A stretch of DNA of 64,000 bases from Thermodesulfobacteriota bacterium (GCA_049320885.1 JBMORA010000012.1:32001-96000); one strand, 5' to 3'. Counted from the stretch's first letter, positions 8,879 to 20,024 are shown. Program-made: numbers and translations. The notes: generated from the letters alone by a model not told the origin.

Positions 8879-10468
8879 ATGCGGTTTTTATTGGTCAATC
8901 CCCATTATCCGATTTCCGAGGGCCCGTCCCCCCCATTGGGTCTGGCCTTTATTGCAGCGGCCCTGGAAGCCGCTGGCATCGAAGTCCGTATCCTGGATCT
9001 GGTCGTTACCCCTTACAGCCGTGAATTGCTTGAATCCGAGCTGAATTCCTTCCGTCCTCAGGTGATCGGCGCAACGGCCGTCACCATGACCGTTGATAAC
9101 GCTCTCCGGGTTCTTGGGGATGCCCGGGAGCTGGATGCCGATATCCTGACCGTCATGGGCGGCCCCCACGTCACCTTCTGCGCGGAAGCTACCATGGAAC
9201 GGTTTCCGTTCATTGATCTGGTTGTGCTGGGGGAAGGCGAGAAAACCGTTGCCGAACTCATGCGGGCCGCGCGAAATGGGCGGAATTTCCAGGAGGTGGC
9301 CGGAGTGGTCTGCCGGAATGGAAACCGGCTTGTTCGGACTCCGGCGCGTGAAGCTCTGCTGGACGTCGATTCATTGAATGCGCCCGCCAGACATCTGCTT
9401 TCGTTGGGGCGCTACCGGGCATTGGGAATGCCCATCAGCATGACCACCAGCCGGGGATGCCCGCATCAATGCATTTTCTGCGTGGGCAGAAAAATGGTGG
9501 GCGCAAAAGTGAGATACCGCGGGGCCCAAAGCGTGGTGGACGAACTCGAATATCTGGGTTCTCTCGGTTTCCCGCAGATCAATATCGCCGATGATTTGTT
9601 CACGGCCAATAAAAAGCATTGCATCGGCATCTGTGATGAAATCCTGCGGCGGAATCTCAAGATCAAATGGTCCTCCTTCGCCAGGGTGGATACGGTTTCC
9701 CCGGAAGTACTGGGCAAAATGCACGCGGCCGGATGCGATTCGGTCAGTTTCGGGGTGGAGACCGCCAATGCCGGCATACTGAAAACCATCCGCAAGGGCA
9801 TCACCACGGATCAGGTGATCGCGGCGGTCCGGATGTGCAATGATGCCGGCATCCAGCCGAGCGCCTCCTTCATTCTGGGCCTGCCGGGAGAAACCCCGGA
9901 AACCATAGAGGAAACCGTGTCTTTCGGCAAGAAACTCCGGGAGATGGGGGTGATCTACGGGTTCCATCTGCTGGCCCCCTTCCCGGGAACCCGGGTGCGG
10001 GAGGAATGCGAACATTATGGTATCCGGATTTTGACCGACGATTGGCGTGAATACCATGCCAACCGCGCCATTGTCGAGACCGCCGCCGCGGACAAGGAGA
10101 TGCTCGACGCCATTGTCATTGAATGGGAAAAAAATATCGACCTCTGGCTTGGCGACATCGGCCGGCGGATCCAATCCGGCGAAGCCACCGAGGAGGAGGC
10201 CTTTCCGTTGAAAAATCTGGAGCGAACCGTTGCCGTCTACGATTTGATGATGGATCGGGCCATCGAAACTTGCGGGAAATGGGCGACGGATGGGCGGCCG
10301 GCATCGGATGAGGAGGGCCTGCGGGAACTGGTGGCAAGAGTCAAGGATCGGGTGCCCCATTCCCCCGAAAGGTTGTACGATGCGTTGCAGCATGCTTTCC
10401 AGAAAGGGAATCTGTCCAATACGCGGGAAAACGGTACCATCCAATGGCAGTGGGTGGAACATTTATAG
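8879..10468 (+). CDS. B12-binding radical SAM protein
   Basis: N-terminal PPLGLAFIAA..GGPHVT..GEGE cobalamin-binding domain; TSRGCPHQCIFC (CxxxCxxC). Confidence 0.93.
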   Translation: MRFLLVNPHYPISEGPSPPLGLAFIAAALEAAGIEVRILDLVVTPYSRELLESELNSFRPQVIGATAVTMTVDNALRVLGDARELDADILTVMGGPHVTFCAEATMERFPFIDLVVLGEGEKTVAELMRAARNGRNFQEVAGVVCRNGNRLVRTPAREALLDVDSLNAPARHLLSLGRYRALGMPISMTTSRGCPHQCIFCVGRKMVGAKVRYRGAQSVVDELEYLGSLGFPQINIADDLFTANKKHCIGICDEILRRNLKIKWSSFARVDTVSPEVLGKMHAAGCDSVSFGVETANAGILKTIRKGITTDQVIAAVRMCNDAGIQPSASFILGLPGETPETIEETVSFGKKLREMGVIYGFHLLAPFPGTRVREECEHYGIRILTDDWREYHANRAIVETAAADKEMLDAIVIEWEKNIDLWLGDIGRRIQSGEATEEEAFPLKNLERTVAVYDLMMDRAIETCGKWATDGRPASDEEGLRELVARVKDRVPHSPERLYDALQHAFQKGNLSNTRENGTIQWQWVEHL

Positions 10469-10494
10469 AACCGGAAGCGGCAAGGTGACGGTGA

Positions 10495-11265
10495 ATGAGA
10501 ACCGACCAGGTGGAATTACAGGTTAGCCGGATATACCGTCCGGGGATAAAAGTCGAGGTCGTCTATGAGCTGGACAGCGACAACCCCATTGTGCTCCCGT
10601 CCCTGCTTTATGAGTGCCAGCATCCGTCCATGCAGCTGGTGATCGCCCAGACAAATCCCGAGATGGCACCCGGCAGGCAGGCCGGGAAAATGACCCTCAC
10701 CGCCCTGGTGAGCGGCGAGTTGAACCGAAAGTTCCGCGCCGGAATCGATTGCGGCCTCCTGGAATGCTATCCGGAATATCGGCTATCCAGCGGCAATACC
10801 GCCCGGGCCGCCCGGATTCGATATGACGAGGATTCGCTGAAAGTGGTGAATATCCGCACGGCATACCGTTTCAGTCCGAATCCGGTTTTCCGGGTCGATG
10901 CGGAGATTCGGTTTGACGACCTGACGTTTTTTTCCGAACAGGATTTCAAGATTCATAACATCTCTTTCACTGGAATCGGTTTGTTGATCCCGCGCCTGGT
11001 GGGCGGCAAGGTCAATCCCATGATGGAGCTGACCGTCGGTCAGACGCTGAGTATCGAAATCCGGCTGACCGATACCCGGAAAGAAATCCAGAGTGCCGAA
11101 TTGAGTTGCGAGCTGCTGGTGGTGAGAAAGGAGCCGGATTTCAACCGCAGGAGCGGTTATGCCGGTTTCCGCCTGACCGGGTTGTCGAACCCGGATGTGG
11201 AGAAGCTCAACCGGTTCATCCATCACGCCCAGCTTCATGAGATCCGCAACGGCGGCGGGTTATAA
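10495..11265 (+). CDS. PilZ-domain protein (putative c-di-GMP effector)
   Basis: RTAYR (RxxxR) followed by NISFTG (D/NxSxxG); C-terminal GFRL...LNRFI PilZ pattern. Confidence 0.75.
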   Translation: MRTDQVELQVSRIYRPGIKVEVVYELDSDNPIVLPSLLYECQHPSMQLVIAQTNPEMAPGRQAGKMTLTALVSGELNRKFRAGIDCGLLECYPEYRLSSGNTARAARIRYDEDSLKVVNIRTAYRFSPNPVFRVDAEIRFDDLTFFSEQDFKIHNISFTGIGLLIPRLVGGKVNPMMELTVGQTLSIEIRLTDTRKEIQSAELSCELLVVRKEPDFNRRSGYAGFRLTGLSNPDVEKLNRFIHHAQLHEIRNGGGL

Positions 11266-11296
11266 GGAAGCCCGGGTTTCCTGCCGGTCCGCTGCT

Positions 11297-12067
11297 TCAA
11301 AACACATTGAAATACCAACCGATGATCGCTTTCCCATAAAAGAGGTATAAAATCGAACCGATGGCGAGGAAGGGGCCGAAGGGAATGGCGAGCCGGAAAT
11401 TCTTTTTGGACGCCAGCATGACGATCAAGCCGGCGCAGGCGCCCACGGCCGATGCGATATAAATGGTGAACAGCACCCCTTTCCAGCCGGTCAGGGCGCC
11501 GATCATCGCCAGCAGTTTGACATCTCCGCCCCCCATGCCTTCGCGTTTGGTGATCAGCCGGTAGGTCCAGCCCACCAGCAGCAGGCTGCCGCCACCGGCG
11601 GCGATACCGGCCAGGGATTCCAGCAAAGTCGGCTCCGGCAGGGCCAGGGTTGCCGAAAGGAAGATCGGGATTCCCGGCAGGGTGATCTGGTTGGGAATGA
11701 TCTGGTGATCCAGATCGATATAGGTGATGAGAATCAGAACGGCGATGAAACAGAAATACACCAGTGCCTGGATGGAAAGACCGTACCGGATGACCGTGGC
11801 CAGGGCGCAGAGTCCGGTGATCAGTTCCACGACGGGGTACCGGATGGAAATGGCTGCTCCGCATTGCCGGCAGCGGGCCATCAGCAGCAGGTAGCTGAGA
11901 ATCGGGATGTTATCGTAAAAGCGTACCGCGTTCCCGCAATGCGGGCACCTGGACCGGGGCGTGACGATGGATTCTTGCAGGGGTATCCGGTAAATACAGA
12001 CATTTAAAAAACTGCCGATGCAGGCTCCGAAAAGGAAGGCCATGATTCTGATGGGGATTTCCGGCAT
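11297..12067 (-). CDS. pilD: type IV prepilin peptidase / N-methyltransferase
   Basis: GSFLNVCIYRIP, two CxxC pairs, GMGGGDVKL, IPFGPFL. Confidence 0.96.
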   Translation of the reverse strand: MPEIPIRIMAFLFGACIGSFLNVCIYRIPLQESIVTPRSRCPHCGNAVRFYDNIPILSYLLLMARCRQCGAAISIRYPVVELITGLCALATVIRYGLSIQALVYFCFIAVLILITYIDLDHQIIPNQITLPGIPIFLSATLALPEPTLLESLAGIAAGGGSLLLVGWTYRLITKREGMGGGDVKLLAMIGALTGWKGVLFTIYIASAVGACAGLIVMLASKKNFRLAIPFGPFLAIGSILYLFYGKAIIGWYFNVF

Positions 12068-12379
12068 GAAGCATCACATCAAACAGCCGGCGGCGCGGAT
12101 CATCCTCCGGCGGCGATCAGGGGGTTCGTCTACGGCCCGTCTGTCCGCTAACGGGCGTCCTCCATTCCAGTCGGGTCATTTCCGGTTGAACGTTTAAGAT
12201 TGACTATTTTAGAGGGCTTGCATAAAAAAAGCAAGGTTGTTATTGTCAACCGGAAAACGATTGTTATATTGGCTGGATGCCGAAGGCGTAAATTTTGTCG
12301 GGCATCCGGGCGCATTCCATGCGCGGGCAACCATCCGGTTCGGATACGACCACCGGAGATAATCAGTCAGGTAGGGGAA

Positions 12380-14842
12380 ATGGCGGAAACAGACAAGGAC
12401 GATTTGGTCAGTATCATCGAAGAGGAGGAAACGGAATTTTCCATTCCGGCGATTCTTCCGTTGCTGCCGGTGCGCGATGTCGTTATTTTCACCGACATGC
12501 TGCTGCCGCTGTTCATCGGACGGGAAAAGTCCATTCATGCCATGGAAGAGGCCATCGGCAAGGACAAGATTCTCTTTCTGGCCACCCAGAAAGATCCCAC
12601 CATTGAAAATCCCTCTCCGGAGGAAATTTATAAAACCGGAACCGTCGGACGGATTCTGCGGATGCTGAAGCTTCCCGATGGCCGCCTGAAGGCGCTGGTC
12701 CAGGGAATCGCCAAGGGCCGGATCATCGAATACACCCGCAAGCGGACCTCCTACCGGGTCAAGGTCGAGGTCGTCAAAGAGCTGCCCGCATCCAAATTGG
12801 GTCTGGAAGGCGAAGCCCTGATGCGGAATGTCCGCGAGCAGTGCGAAAAAATATTGTCGCTGCGCGGCGAAATGAGCGCCGACATCAACACGATCCTGGA
12901 AACCATCGAAGACCCGGGAAAACTCGCCGATCTGGTGGCCTCGAACCTGCGCCTGAAAATAGAGGACGCCCAGGGCCTGCTGGAACTCATCGACCCGGTG
13001 GCGCGCCTGAATAAAATCAACGAGCTGCTCTCCAAGGAAGTGGAACTCTCGGCCATGCAGGCCAAGATCCAGTCGGATGTCCGGGATGAAATTTCCAAGA
13101 GTCAGCGGGATTATTATCTGCGTGAACAGGTGCGGGCGATCCACAAGGAACTGGGCGACATGGATGAGAAGGCCCAGGAGCTGGAGGAATACCGGAAAAA
13201 CATCAAGAAGGCCAGGATGCCGAAGGAAGCGGAGACGGAGGCTCTCAAACAGCTGAAGCGGCTGGGGCAGATGCATCCGGATGCCTCCGAGGCTTCCATT
13301 GTGCGGACCTATCTGGACTGGCTGGTGGATTTGCCGTGGAACAAATCCTCAAAGGAACACATCGACATCAAGGAAGCCCAGAAAATTCTCAGCACCGAGC
13401 ACTACGGGCTGAGCAAGGTGAAGGACAGAATCCTGGAATACCTGAGTGTCCGCAAGCTGAATCCGAAAATGAAGGGTCCGATCCTCTGTTTCGTGGGGCC
13501 TCCCGGCGTGGGGAAGACTTCCCTGGGTCAGGCCATCGCCCGGGCCATGAAACGGAAATTCGTCCGGGTTTCCCTGGGCGGGCTGCATGACGAGGCGGAA
13601 ATCCGGGGGCATCGCCGCACCTATATCGGCGCCCTGCCCGGCCGGATTATACAGGGGTTGAAGCAGAGCGGTTCCAACAATCCCGTATTCATGATGGATG
13701 AAATCGATAAAATCGGCGCTGACTTTCGCGGCGACCCGTCCTCGGCTCTGCTGGAAGCCTTGGACCCGGAACAGAATGTCGCCTTCAGCGATCATTACCT
13801 GAACATCCCCTTCGATCTATCCAAGGTCATGTTCATCCTCACGGCCAACATCACCGACACCATTCCGTCCGCGTTGCTGGACCGCATGGAGGTGATCAAT
13901 ATCGCGGGATACACCCCGGAAGAAAAAATGGCCATCGCCGAATCCTATCTCCTTCCCAGGCAGATCCGGGACAATGGATTGCGGTCCCCCAAAAGCCTGG
14001 TCATCAGCCGTTCGGCCATGGAGCAGATCATCGCCGAGTATACGTCCGAAGCCGGCCTGAGAAATCTGGAGCGCGAGCTTGGGAAGATCTGCCGCAAGGC
14101 GGCGAGAATGCGGGCGGAAGGCGCCAAGGGGAACATCACGATAACCCGCTCGAACCTGCATAAAATGCTGGGCCCTCCGGTATTCCAGCCGGAGATGGAC
14201 CAGGAGGGCAGTCAGGTGGGATTGTCCACGGGATTGGCCTGGACCCAGGTGGGTGGCGAGGCCCTGTACGTGGAGGCCTCCCTCATGACCGGCAAGGGGG
14301 ATTTGATCATCACCGGCCAGCTCGGCGAAGTGATGCAGGAGTCCGCCCGGGCCGCGGTCTCCTTTGCCAGGGCCCATCTGGATGATTACAATGTGGAAAA
14401 GAATTTCTTCGAGAACATCGATGTCCATATTCATGTGCCGGCCGGCGCTATTCCCAAGGACGGACCCTCGGCCGGAATCGCCATGGCCACGGCGCTGATC
14501 TCCGTCATCACCAATGTTCCGGTGAACAAGGATGTGGCCATGACCGGCGAAATCACCCTGCGCGGCAGGGTGCTGCCCATCGGCGGTCTGAAGGAGAAAG
14601 CCCTGGGAGCCATGCGGGCGGGGATTCGAACCATCATCATGCCGGAGAAAAACAAGAAGGATCTGGTGGAGATTCCCTTGAACGTGAAGCGCCGGATCAA
14701 ATTCGTGCCCGTGAAGCACATGGATGAGGTGCTTGCCATCGCCATGCAGGGGCCGGCGAGGAAAACCGGCCGGAAACCCGCTGCGATGCGAAAGCCGAAA
14801 AGGGGCGCCGCCCGGAAAAAAAATGATCGTTCTCGCCGTTGA
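12380..14842 (+). CDS. lon: ATP-dependent Lon protease
   Basis: [27 protein letters not shown] (catalytic Ser), IGGLKEK; start moved to ATG 12380 after a GGGGA RBS. Confidence 0.98.
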   Translation: MAETDKDDLVSIIEEEETEFSIPAILPLLPVRDVVIFTDMLLPLFIGREKSIHAMEEAIGKDKILFLATQKDPTIENPSPEEIYKTGTVGRILRMLKLPDGRLKALVQGIAKGRIIEYTRKRTSYRVKVEVVKELPASKLGLEGEALMRNVREQCEKILSLRGEMSADINTILETIEDPGKLADLVASNLRLKIEDAQGLLELIDPVARLNKINELLSKEVELSAMQAKIQSDVRDEISKSQRDYYLREQVRAIHKELGDMDEKAQELEEYRKNIKKARMPKEAETEALKQLKRLGQMHPDASEASIVRTYLDWLVDLPWNKSSKEHIDIKEAQKILSTEHYGLSKVKDRILEYLSVRKLNPKMKGPILCFVGPPGVGKTSLGQAIARAMKRKFVRVSLGGLHDEAEIRGHRRTYIGALPGRIIQGLKQSGSNNPVFMMDEIDKIGADFRGDPSSALLEALDPEQNVAFSDHYLNIPFDLSKVMFILTANITDTIPSALLDRMEVINIAGYTPEEKMAIAESYLLPRQIRDNGLRSPKSLVISRSAMEQIIAEYTSEAGLRNLERELGKICRKAARMRAEGAKGNITITRSNLHKMLGPPVFQPEMDQEGSQVGLSTGLAWTQVGGEALYVEASLMTGKGDLIITGQLGEVMQESARAAVSFARAHLDDYNVEKNFFENIDVHIHVPAGAIPKDGPSAGIAMATALISVITNVPVNKDVAMTGEITLRGRVLPIGGLKEKALGAMRAGIRTIIMPEKNKKDLVEIPLNVKRRIKFVPVKHMDEVLAIAMQGPARKTGRKPAAMRKPKRGAARKKNDRSRR

Positions 14843-15545
14843 TACCGCTTCCAGAAGCAGCAGCGTCGCCGTTCTGGAGGAGGATTCCCTGCTGGTTGAA
14901 ACGACATTGGTGAATCGGGAAACCCATTCGAGACATCTCATGGACATGATCCACGGGGTCATGGGCCTGGCCGGACTGCGACCCGACCGGGTGGAGTTGT
15001 TCGCCGTCACGGTGGGGCCGGGGAGTTTCACCGGCCTGCGCATCGGGATCAGTGCCGTGAAAGCCATGGCTTTCGCCCGGGGAAGGCCGGTGGTGGGGAT
15101 TTCCACCCTGGATGCCCTGGCGGAGCCTTTCCGGCACAGGGATGGGCTTGTCTGTCCCATGCTGGATGCGCGCCGGGAGGAGGTATATTCCAGTTGCTAC
15201 CGCGTCCAGAGCGGCAGCCTGCACAAGCTGTTCGAGGAGCAGGCCCGGCGGCCCGCCTCGCTGCTGGCGGATATTCCCGGTTCCTGCCTGTTCGTGGGGG
15301 ACGGCGCCCGGGCCTACCGGCGGGATATTGAAGCGGCCCTGGGCGGAAAGGCGTTATTCGGTTCACCGGAGCAGGATGGGGTCCGCGCTGCCGTGGTGGG
15401 GAGGATGGGCGTCCATCTTTTCCAGCAGGGAAGAAACGGTAATCCCGCGGATCTGGTTCCCTGCTATATCCGCCGATCGGACGCGGAAACGCATGCGGAT
15501 CGGGGGAAACGGGAAAAAGTCGCCGGCGCCGGACCGACAACATGA
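14823..15545 (+). CDS. tsaB: tRNA threonylcarbamoyladenosine biosynthesis protein TsaB
   Basis: [37 protein letters not shown]; overlaps the end of lon. Confidence 0.96.
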   Translation: MIVLAVDTASRSSSVAVLEEDSLLVETTLVNRETHSRHLMDMIHGVMGLAGLRPDRVELFAVTVGPGSFTGLRIGISAVKAMAFARGRPVVGISTLDALAEPFRHRDGLVCPMLDARREEVYSSCYRVQSGSLHKLFEEQARRPASLLADIPGSCLFVGDGARAYRRDIEAALGGKALFGSPEQDGVRAAVVGRMGVHLFQQGRNGNPADLVPCYIRRSDAETHADRGKREKVAGAGPTT

Positions 15546-15645
15546 TTGACAATCGTATCCGGTTTTGATAGACGGATAAAATTGTTTTTAATAAGCGGAA
15601 TCGAAGTGTTAGAAAGAACAAAGGCTTCGATAAACAGGAAGTTGA

Positions 15646-16317
15646 ATGAACACATACGCATGGATTGATCCACCGGGGCAGAGCGCTTTTCCAGTGGCCC
15701 GGCCCGGTTATCCGTTTATTTTCGGCGCCGGTTTCACAACGGCAGTGCTGGCCATCGTCGGTTTCAAGGCCCTGGCCCTGCTGGGGCTGGGTATCACGGT
15801 CTTCATATGCTGTTTTTTCCGGGATCCGGACCGGGCGATACCGGTGGTGGATCGCGCGGTCGTATCCCCGGCGGATGGCAAAGTGGTTCTTGTCGACCAT
15901 GTGGCCGGGAATCCGTTTTCCGACCAGCCTTGCCTGAAAATCAGCGTTTTCATGTCGGTATTCAATGTCCATGTCAATCGCATTCCGTACACGGGTACGG
16001 TGACGGGCATCCGCTATTTTCCGGGGAAATTCTTCAACGCCAGTCTGGACAAGGCCTCCAAGGATAATGAACGGAACGCCATCCGGATCGAAACCGAAGA
16101 CGGCCGCGGGATTTGTTTTGTCCAGATCGCCGGACTGGTGGCCCGCCGCATCATCTGCAACATCCGGGAGGGCGATTGCCTGCAACGCGGCCAGCGTTTC
16201 GGGATGATTTGTTTCGGTTCCCGGCTGGATGTGTATTTACCGGAAAATGCGGAGCCGAACGTGGCGGTGGGTGATAAAGTGCGGGCCGGAACATCGATTC
16301 TGGGATATCTGCGATGA
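15646..16317 (+). CDS. psd: phosphatidylserine decarboxylase proenzyme
   Basis: FFRDPDR, SPADGKV, NVHVNRIP, QIAGLVARRI and the FGSRLD self-cleavage motif. Confidence 0.95.
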   Translation: MNTYAWIDPPGQSAFPVARPGYPFIFGAGFTTAVLAIVGFKALALLGLGITVFICCFFRDPDRAIPVVDRAVVSPADGKVVLVDHVAGNPFSDQPCLKISVFMSVFNVHVNRIPYTGTVTGIRYFPGKFFNASLDKASKDNERNAIRIETEDGRGICFVQIAGLVARRIICNIREGDCLQRGQRFGMICFGSRLDVYLPENAEPNVAVGDKVRAGTSILGYLR

Positions 16318-16526
16318 GCAAGCCGAAACCGTTTGGAGGCGAAAAACGGAAACAGGGTGTTCGCATTCTTCTGTATGGTACTACTGCCCGGGCGCGTCAA
16401 TTTCCACCCGTCTTTCTCCTGATCAGGCCCTGATCGGACTCCTGCCAGGATGAAAAACCGGGAAAATCCGAACCCTGCAATTTAAGCGCACCGATTCCGG
16501 AACCCTTGCGGCGGTGCTGGGATATG

Positions 16527-16556
16527 AAACGGCTGGTCTTTCGGCCAGCCGTTTTT
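16527..16556 (+). terminator. intrinsic terminator-like hairpin just upstream of leuB
   Basis: AAACGGCTGGTC-TTTC-GGCCAGCCGTTT stem ending in a T5 run. Confidence 0.7.
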
Positions 16557-16593
16557 ATGCATTGATCGAAATGATGGTACAAGGAGAGTGTTC

Positions 16594-17664
16594 ATGACCA
16601 AGACATACCAAATCGCCGTCATACCCGGTGACGGCACCGGCCCCGAAGTGGTGGCCGAAGGCATCAAAGTGCTGGACGTGGCTGCACGCAAGGCGAATTT
16701 CGCCTTGAAATATACCCATTATCCCATCGGCGGGGATTATTACAAGGCAACCGGCATCACCGTGACCGATGAGATCAAACAGTCGCTGGCGGCGGCGGAC
16801 GCCATTTTTCTGGGAGCCATCGGACATCCGGATGTGCAGCCCGGCATCCTGGAAAAGGGCATTCTGCTGGACCTCCGTTTCCATTTCGACCAGTACATCA
16901 ATTTGCGACCCGTCAAATTATATGAAGGCGTCGCGACTCCGCTCAAGGACAAGGGGCCCAAGGATATCGACTTTGTCGTCGTCCGCGAAAACACGGAAGG
17001 ATTGTATGCCGGCGCGGGCGGATGCCTGAAGCGTGGAACACCGGACGAGGTGGCTGTCCAGGAATCCATCAACACCCGCAAGGGGGTGGAGCGTTGCATT
17101 CGTTTCGCCTTCGAGTATTGCCGCAAACGCAACAAGGCCCGGAAACTCACCCTGTGCGGTAAAACCAATGTCTTGACCTTCGCCTTCAATCTGTGGGAAA
17201 GGGCGTTTTATGAAGTCGCCAGGGAATATCCGGATATCCAGACCGATTATGCCCACGTGGACGCCATCTGCATGTGGATGGTCAAGAATCCGGAATGGTT
17301 CGACGTCATTGTCACGGATAACATGTTCGGCGATATCATTACGGATCTGGCTGCCATGATCCAGGGCGGAATGGGAACGGCGGCCGGCGGCAATATCAAT
17401 CCGGCCGGGGTTTCCATGTTCGAACCCATTGGCGGTTCGGCCCCCAAATACACCGGCAAACAGATGATCAATCCCATTGCCGCCATCATGGCCGGACAGC
17501 TGATGCTGGAATCCTTGAAAGAGGAGACGGCGGCCGGTTGGATTGAGAAAGCGGTCATGAAGGTGTTGCGGGAGGATATCAAGGACGTTGCCGCGGGTAA
17601 AATGGGTTTCACCACCAGTGAGGTCGGCGACCTGGTTGCCGGCTATATCGAAAAAAGCTGTTGA
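16594..17664 (+). CDS. leuB: 3-isopropylmalate dehydrogenase
   Basis: IPGDGTGPEV, VVRENTEGLY, NMFGDIITD, MFEPIGGSAP; AGGAG RBS. Confidence 0.9.
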   Translation: MTKTYQIAVIPGDGTGPEVVAEGIKVLDVAARKANFALKYTHYPIGGDYYKATGITVTDEIKQSLAAADAIFLGAIGHPDVQPGILEKGILLDLRFHFDQYINLRPVKLYEGVATPLKDKGPKDIDFVVVRENTEGLYAGAGGCLKRGTPDEVAVQESINTRKGVERCIRFAFEYCRKRNKARKLTLCGKTNVLTFAFNLWERAFYEVAREYPDIQTDYAHVDAICMWMVKNPEWFDVIVTDNMFGDIITDLAAMIQGGMGTAAGGNINPAGVSMFEPIGGSAPKYTGKQMINPIAAIMAGQLMLESLKEETAAGWIEKAVMKVLREDIKDVAAGKMGFTTSEVGDLVAGYIEKSC

Positions 17665-17689
17665 CCATCGAATCGACAGGAGGAGGAAA

Positions 17690-18157
17690 TTGGAACGCGT
17701 ACCCATAACCAGACCCGGTTTTGAAACCCTGAAGGCTGAGCTTGCCCAGTTGAAATCCGTGGCGCGGCCCCAGATCATCAAGGCCATCGAGGAAGCCCGG
17801 GCCCACGGTGATTTATCGGAAAATGCCGAATACGAGGCGGCCAAGGACCGGCAAAGCTTCATCGAGGGCCGCATCAGCGAACTCGAGTACAAACTCGCCC
17901 ACGCGGATGTCATTGACCCGAGCACGCTTCCAAAGGACAAGGCGGTATTCGGCAGCCATGTGGTCCTGGAAAACGTGGAAACCGGCGACGGCGTTTCCTA
18001 TCAATTGGTGGGACCGGACGAATCGAATATCGATGCCGGACGTATTTCCGTCTCCTCTCCCCTGGGCAAGGCCATCATCGGTAAAAAACCCGGCGACGAG
18101 GTCGTGCTCCAGGCTCCGGGGGGCAAGCGCAGCTACGAACTGCTGGAAATCCGATAA
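17690..18157 (+). CDS. greA: transcription elongation factor GreA
   Basis: ARAHGDLSENAEY and ISVSSPLGKAIIGK; TTG start after AGGAGG. Confidence 0.97.
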   Translation: MERVPITRPGFETLKAELAQLKSVARPQIIKAIEEARAHGDLSENAEYEAAKDRQSFIEGRISELEYKLAHADVIDPSTLPKDKAVFGSHVVLENVETGDGVSYQLVGPDESNIDAGRISVSSPLGKAIIGKKPGDEVVLQAPGGKRSYELLEIR

Positions 18158-18244
18158 CAACCGTCTCCTTGGGTTTACGCCGGCAGGGCGCATGGCGGAG
18201 GCACGAGGCGACATGACCGAATATAAGCATGGAGGGAAATTCTA

Positions 18245-18460
18245 TTGGCTAGAATAACGGTTGAAGATTGTTTAAAAAAAATTGATAATCGCTTTGAACT
18301 GGTACACATGGCGGCCAAACGCGTCCGCCAAATCCGGGAAGGTTCCGATTATCTGGTGTATTCCCCCAAGAACGAGGACATTGTGGTCGCGCTTCGCGAG
18401 ATTGCTGCCGGAAAAGTGGTGACTCGCAAAGGACTGGACCGGACTTCGGAGGTGAGCTGA
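18245..18460 (+). CDS. rpoZ: RNA polymerase omega subunit
   Basis: MARITVEDCL...NRFELV..AAKR...VVALREIA. Confidence 0.97.
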   Translation: MARITVEDCLKKIDNRFELVHMAAKRVRQIREGSDYLVYSPKNEDIVVALREIAAGKVVTRKGLDRTSEVS

Positions 18461-18470
18461 TTTCCGTTTG

Positions 18471-19196
18471 ATGTCTACGTCTCTATACAGGGAAATCAAT
18501 CGTGGTGTCGGCCGGGCAATCCATCGTTATGATATGATCGCGGACGGGGATCGGATCGTGATCGGAATTTCCGGCGGCAAGGACAGTCTCACGCTCATGC
18601 AGGTCCTGACGGAACGGCTGGCGCGGATCCCGATATCCTATGAATTGGTCGGGGTCTATGTGGATCCGGGTTTCGAGAACGGTTTCGGCGGAGAACTTGC
18701 GGCCTACTGTCAGGAAAAAGGGTTTCGCCTGAAGGTGATCCATACGGACAACGGCATCGTGGCCCATGGCCCGGCAAACAGGGAGAATCCCTGTTTTCTG
18801 TGTTCCCGCCTGCGCCGGAAAGTCCTGTTTGAAACCGCGGCGGAAATGGGTTTCGGCAAAATCGCCCTGGCCCATCACAAGGACGATCTGATCGAGACCC
18901 TGCTGATGAATATGTGTTACACGGGGGAAATCAGCACCATGAGGCCGGTACGGACGCTTTTCGACGGCCGGCTGGCCATCATTCGGCCCCTGGCCTTTGT
19001 GGATGAGGATGTCATCAGACGATTCGCCAGGCGGGAAGGATTTCCGGAATTCATCAATCCATGCCCCACGGCATCCGTTTCCAAACGCCGGGAAATCAAG
19101 GATCTGTTGACGAACCTGTATCGGAGCAACCGCAAAATCAAAGGGAACCTGTTTCGTTCCATGACTCGGATCAAGACCGATTACCTGCCGATATAG
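18471..19196 (+). CDS. ttcA: tRNA 2-thiocytidine biosynthesis TtcA-family PP-loop ATPase
   Basis: SGGKDS PP-loop, PCFLCSRLRR, HHKDD, IIRPL. Confidence 0.88.
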   Translation: MSTSLYREINRGVGRAIHRYDMIADGDRIVIGISGGKDSLTLMQVLTERLARIPISYELVGVYVDPGFENGFGGELAAYCQEKGFRLKVIHTDNGIVAHGPANRENPCFLCSRLRRKVLFETAAEMGFGKIALAHHKDDLIETLLMNMCYTGEISTMRPVRTLFDGRLAIIRPLAFVDEDVIRRFARREGFPEFINPCPTASVSKRREIKDLLTNLYRSNRKIKGNLFRSMTRIKTDYLPI

Positions 19197-19211
19197 TACG
19201 GGATCAATGGC

Positions 19212-20024
19212 ATGATCATTATGAAAGACATCCAGAACCTCCACGACGACCGCAACATACCCATCAACAAGGTCGGCATCAAAAACCTGCGGTACCCCAT
19301 CAAGGTGCTGGACCGCAAGAACGGTTTCCAGAGCACGGTGGCGTCCATCAACATGTATGTCGATCTGCCCCATGACACCAAGGGGACCCACATGAGCCGT
19401 TTCGTGGAGATGCTGCATGTGTTCCGGTCGGAAGTCTCGCTCAAATCCTTTTCCGATATTCTGAATCAGATGAAGCAGGATCTGAACGCCGCTTCCTCCC
19501 ACATCGAGGTCGCCTTTCCCTATTTCATCGAAAAATACGCCCCGGTGAGCGGTTCGCCCGGCTTGATGGATTACAACTGCCGGCTGATCGGTTACAGTGA
19601 TCCTTCCGGGCGGCTGGATCTGGTTTCCGAGGTCCTGGTGCCCATCACTTCCGTCTGTCCCTGTTCAAAGGAGATCAGTGACGGTGGAGCCCACAACCAG
19701 CGGGGAGAGGCCCGCCTCAGCACCCGTTTCAAGCGGTTTATCTGGATTGAGGACATGATCACCCTGGTGGAATCGGCGGCTTCCTGTGAGGTCTATTCGG
19801 TCCTGAAGCGGGTGGATGAAAAATTTGTGACCGAGAAGGGTTTCGGCAACCCCAAATTCGTTGAGGACATTGTCCGGGATATCGCCCAGAAACTGCTGGA
19901 GGACGATAACATCACCTGGTTTGCGGTCAGTGTGGAAAATTTCGAATCCATCCACAATCACAGCGCCTATGCCTTCATCACCAGCAACGGCCGGAAGGAA
20001 ATAGAAGGAACCGGCTGGAAATAG
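19212..20024 (+). CDS. folE2: GTP cyclohydrolase FolE2 (type IB)
   Basis: KGTHMSRF, CPCSKEIS..GAHNQR, ESIHNHSAYA. Confidence 0.96.
   Translation: MIIMKDIQNLHDDRNIPINKVGIKNLRYPIKVLDRKNGFQSTVASINMYVDLPHDTKGTHMSRFVEMLHVFRSEVSLKSFSDILNQMKQDLNAASSHIEVAFPYFIEKYAPVSGSPGLMDYNCRLIGYSDPSGRLDLVSEVLVPITSVCPCSKEISDGGAHNQRGEARLSTRFKRFIWIEDMITLVESAASCEVYSVLKRVDEKFVTEKGFGNPKFVEDIVRDIAQKLLEDDNITWFAVSVENFESIHNHSAYAFITSNGRKEIEGTGWK

Noticed and set aside
14816..14842. A8 run at the lon/tsaB overlap as a programmed frameshift producing a Lon-TsaB fusion
   Set aside because: Both genes are complete with their own start and stop, the run is explained by Lys codons in a basic tail, and no stimulatory structure is evident
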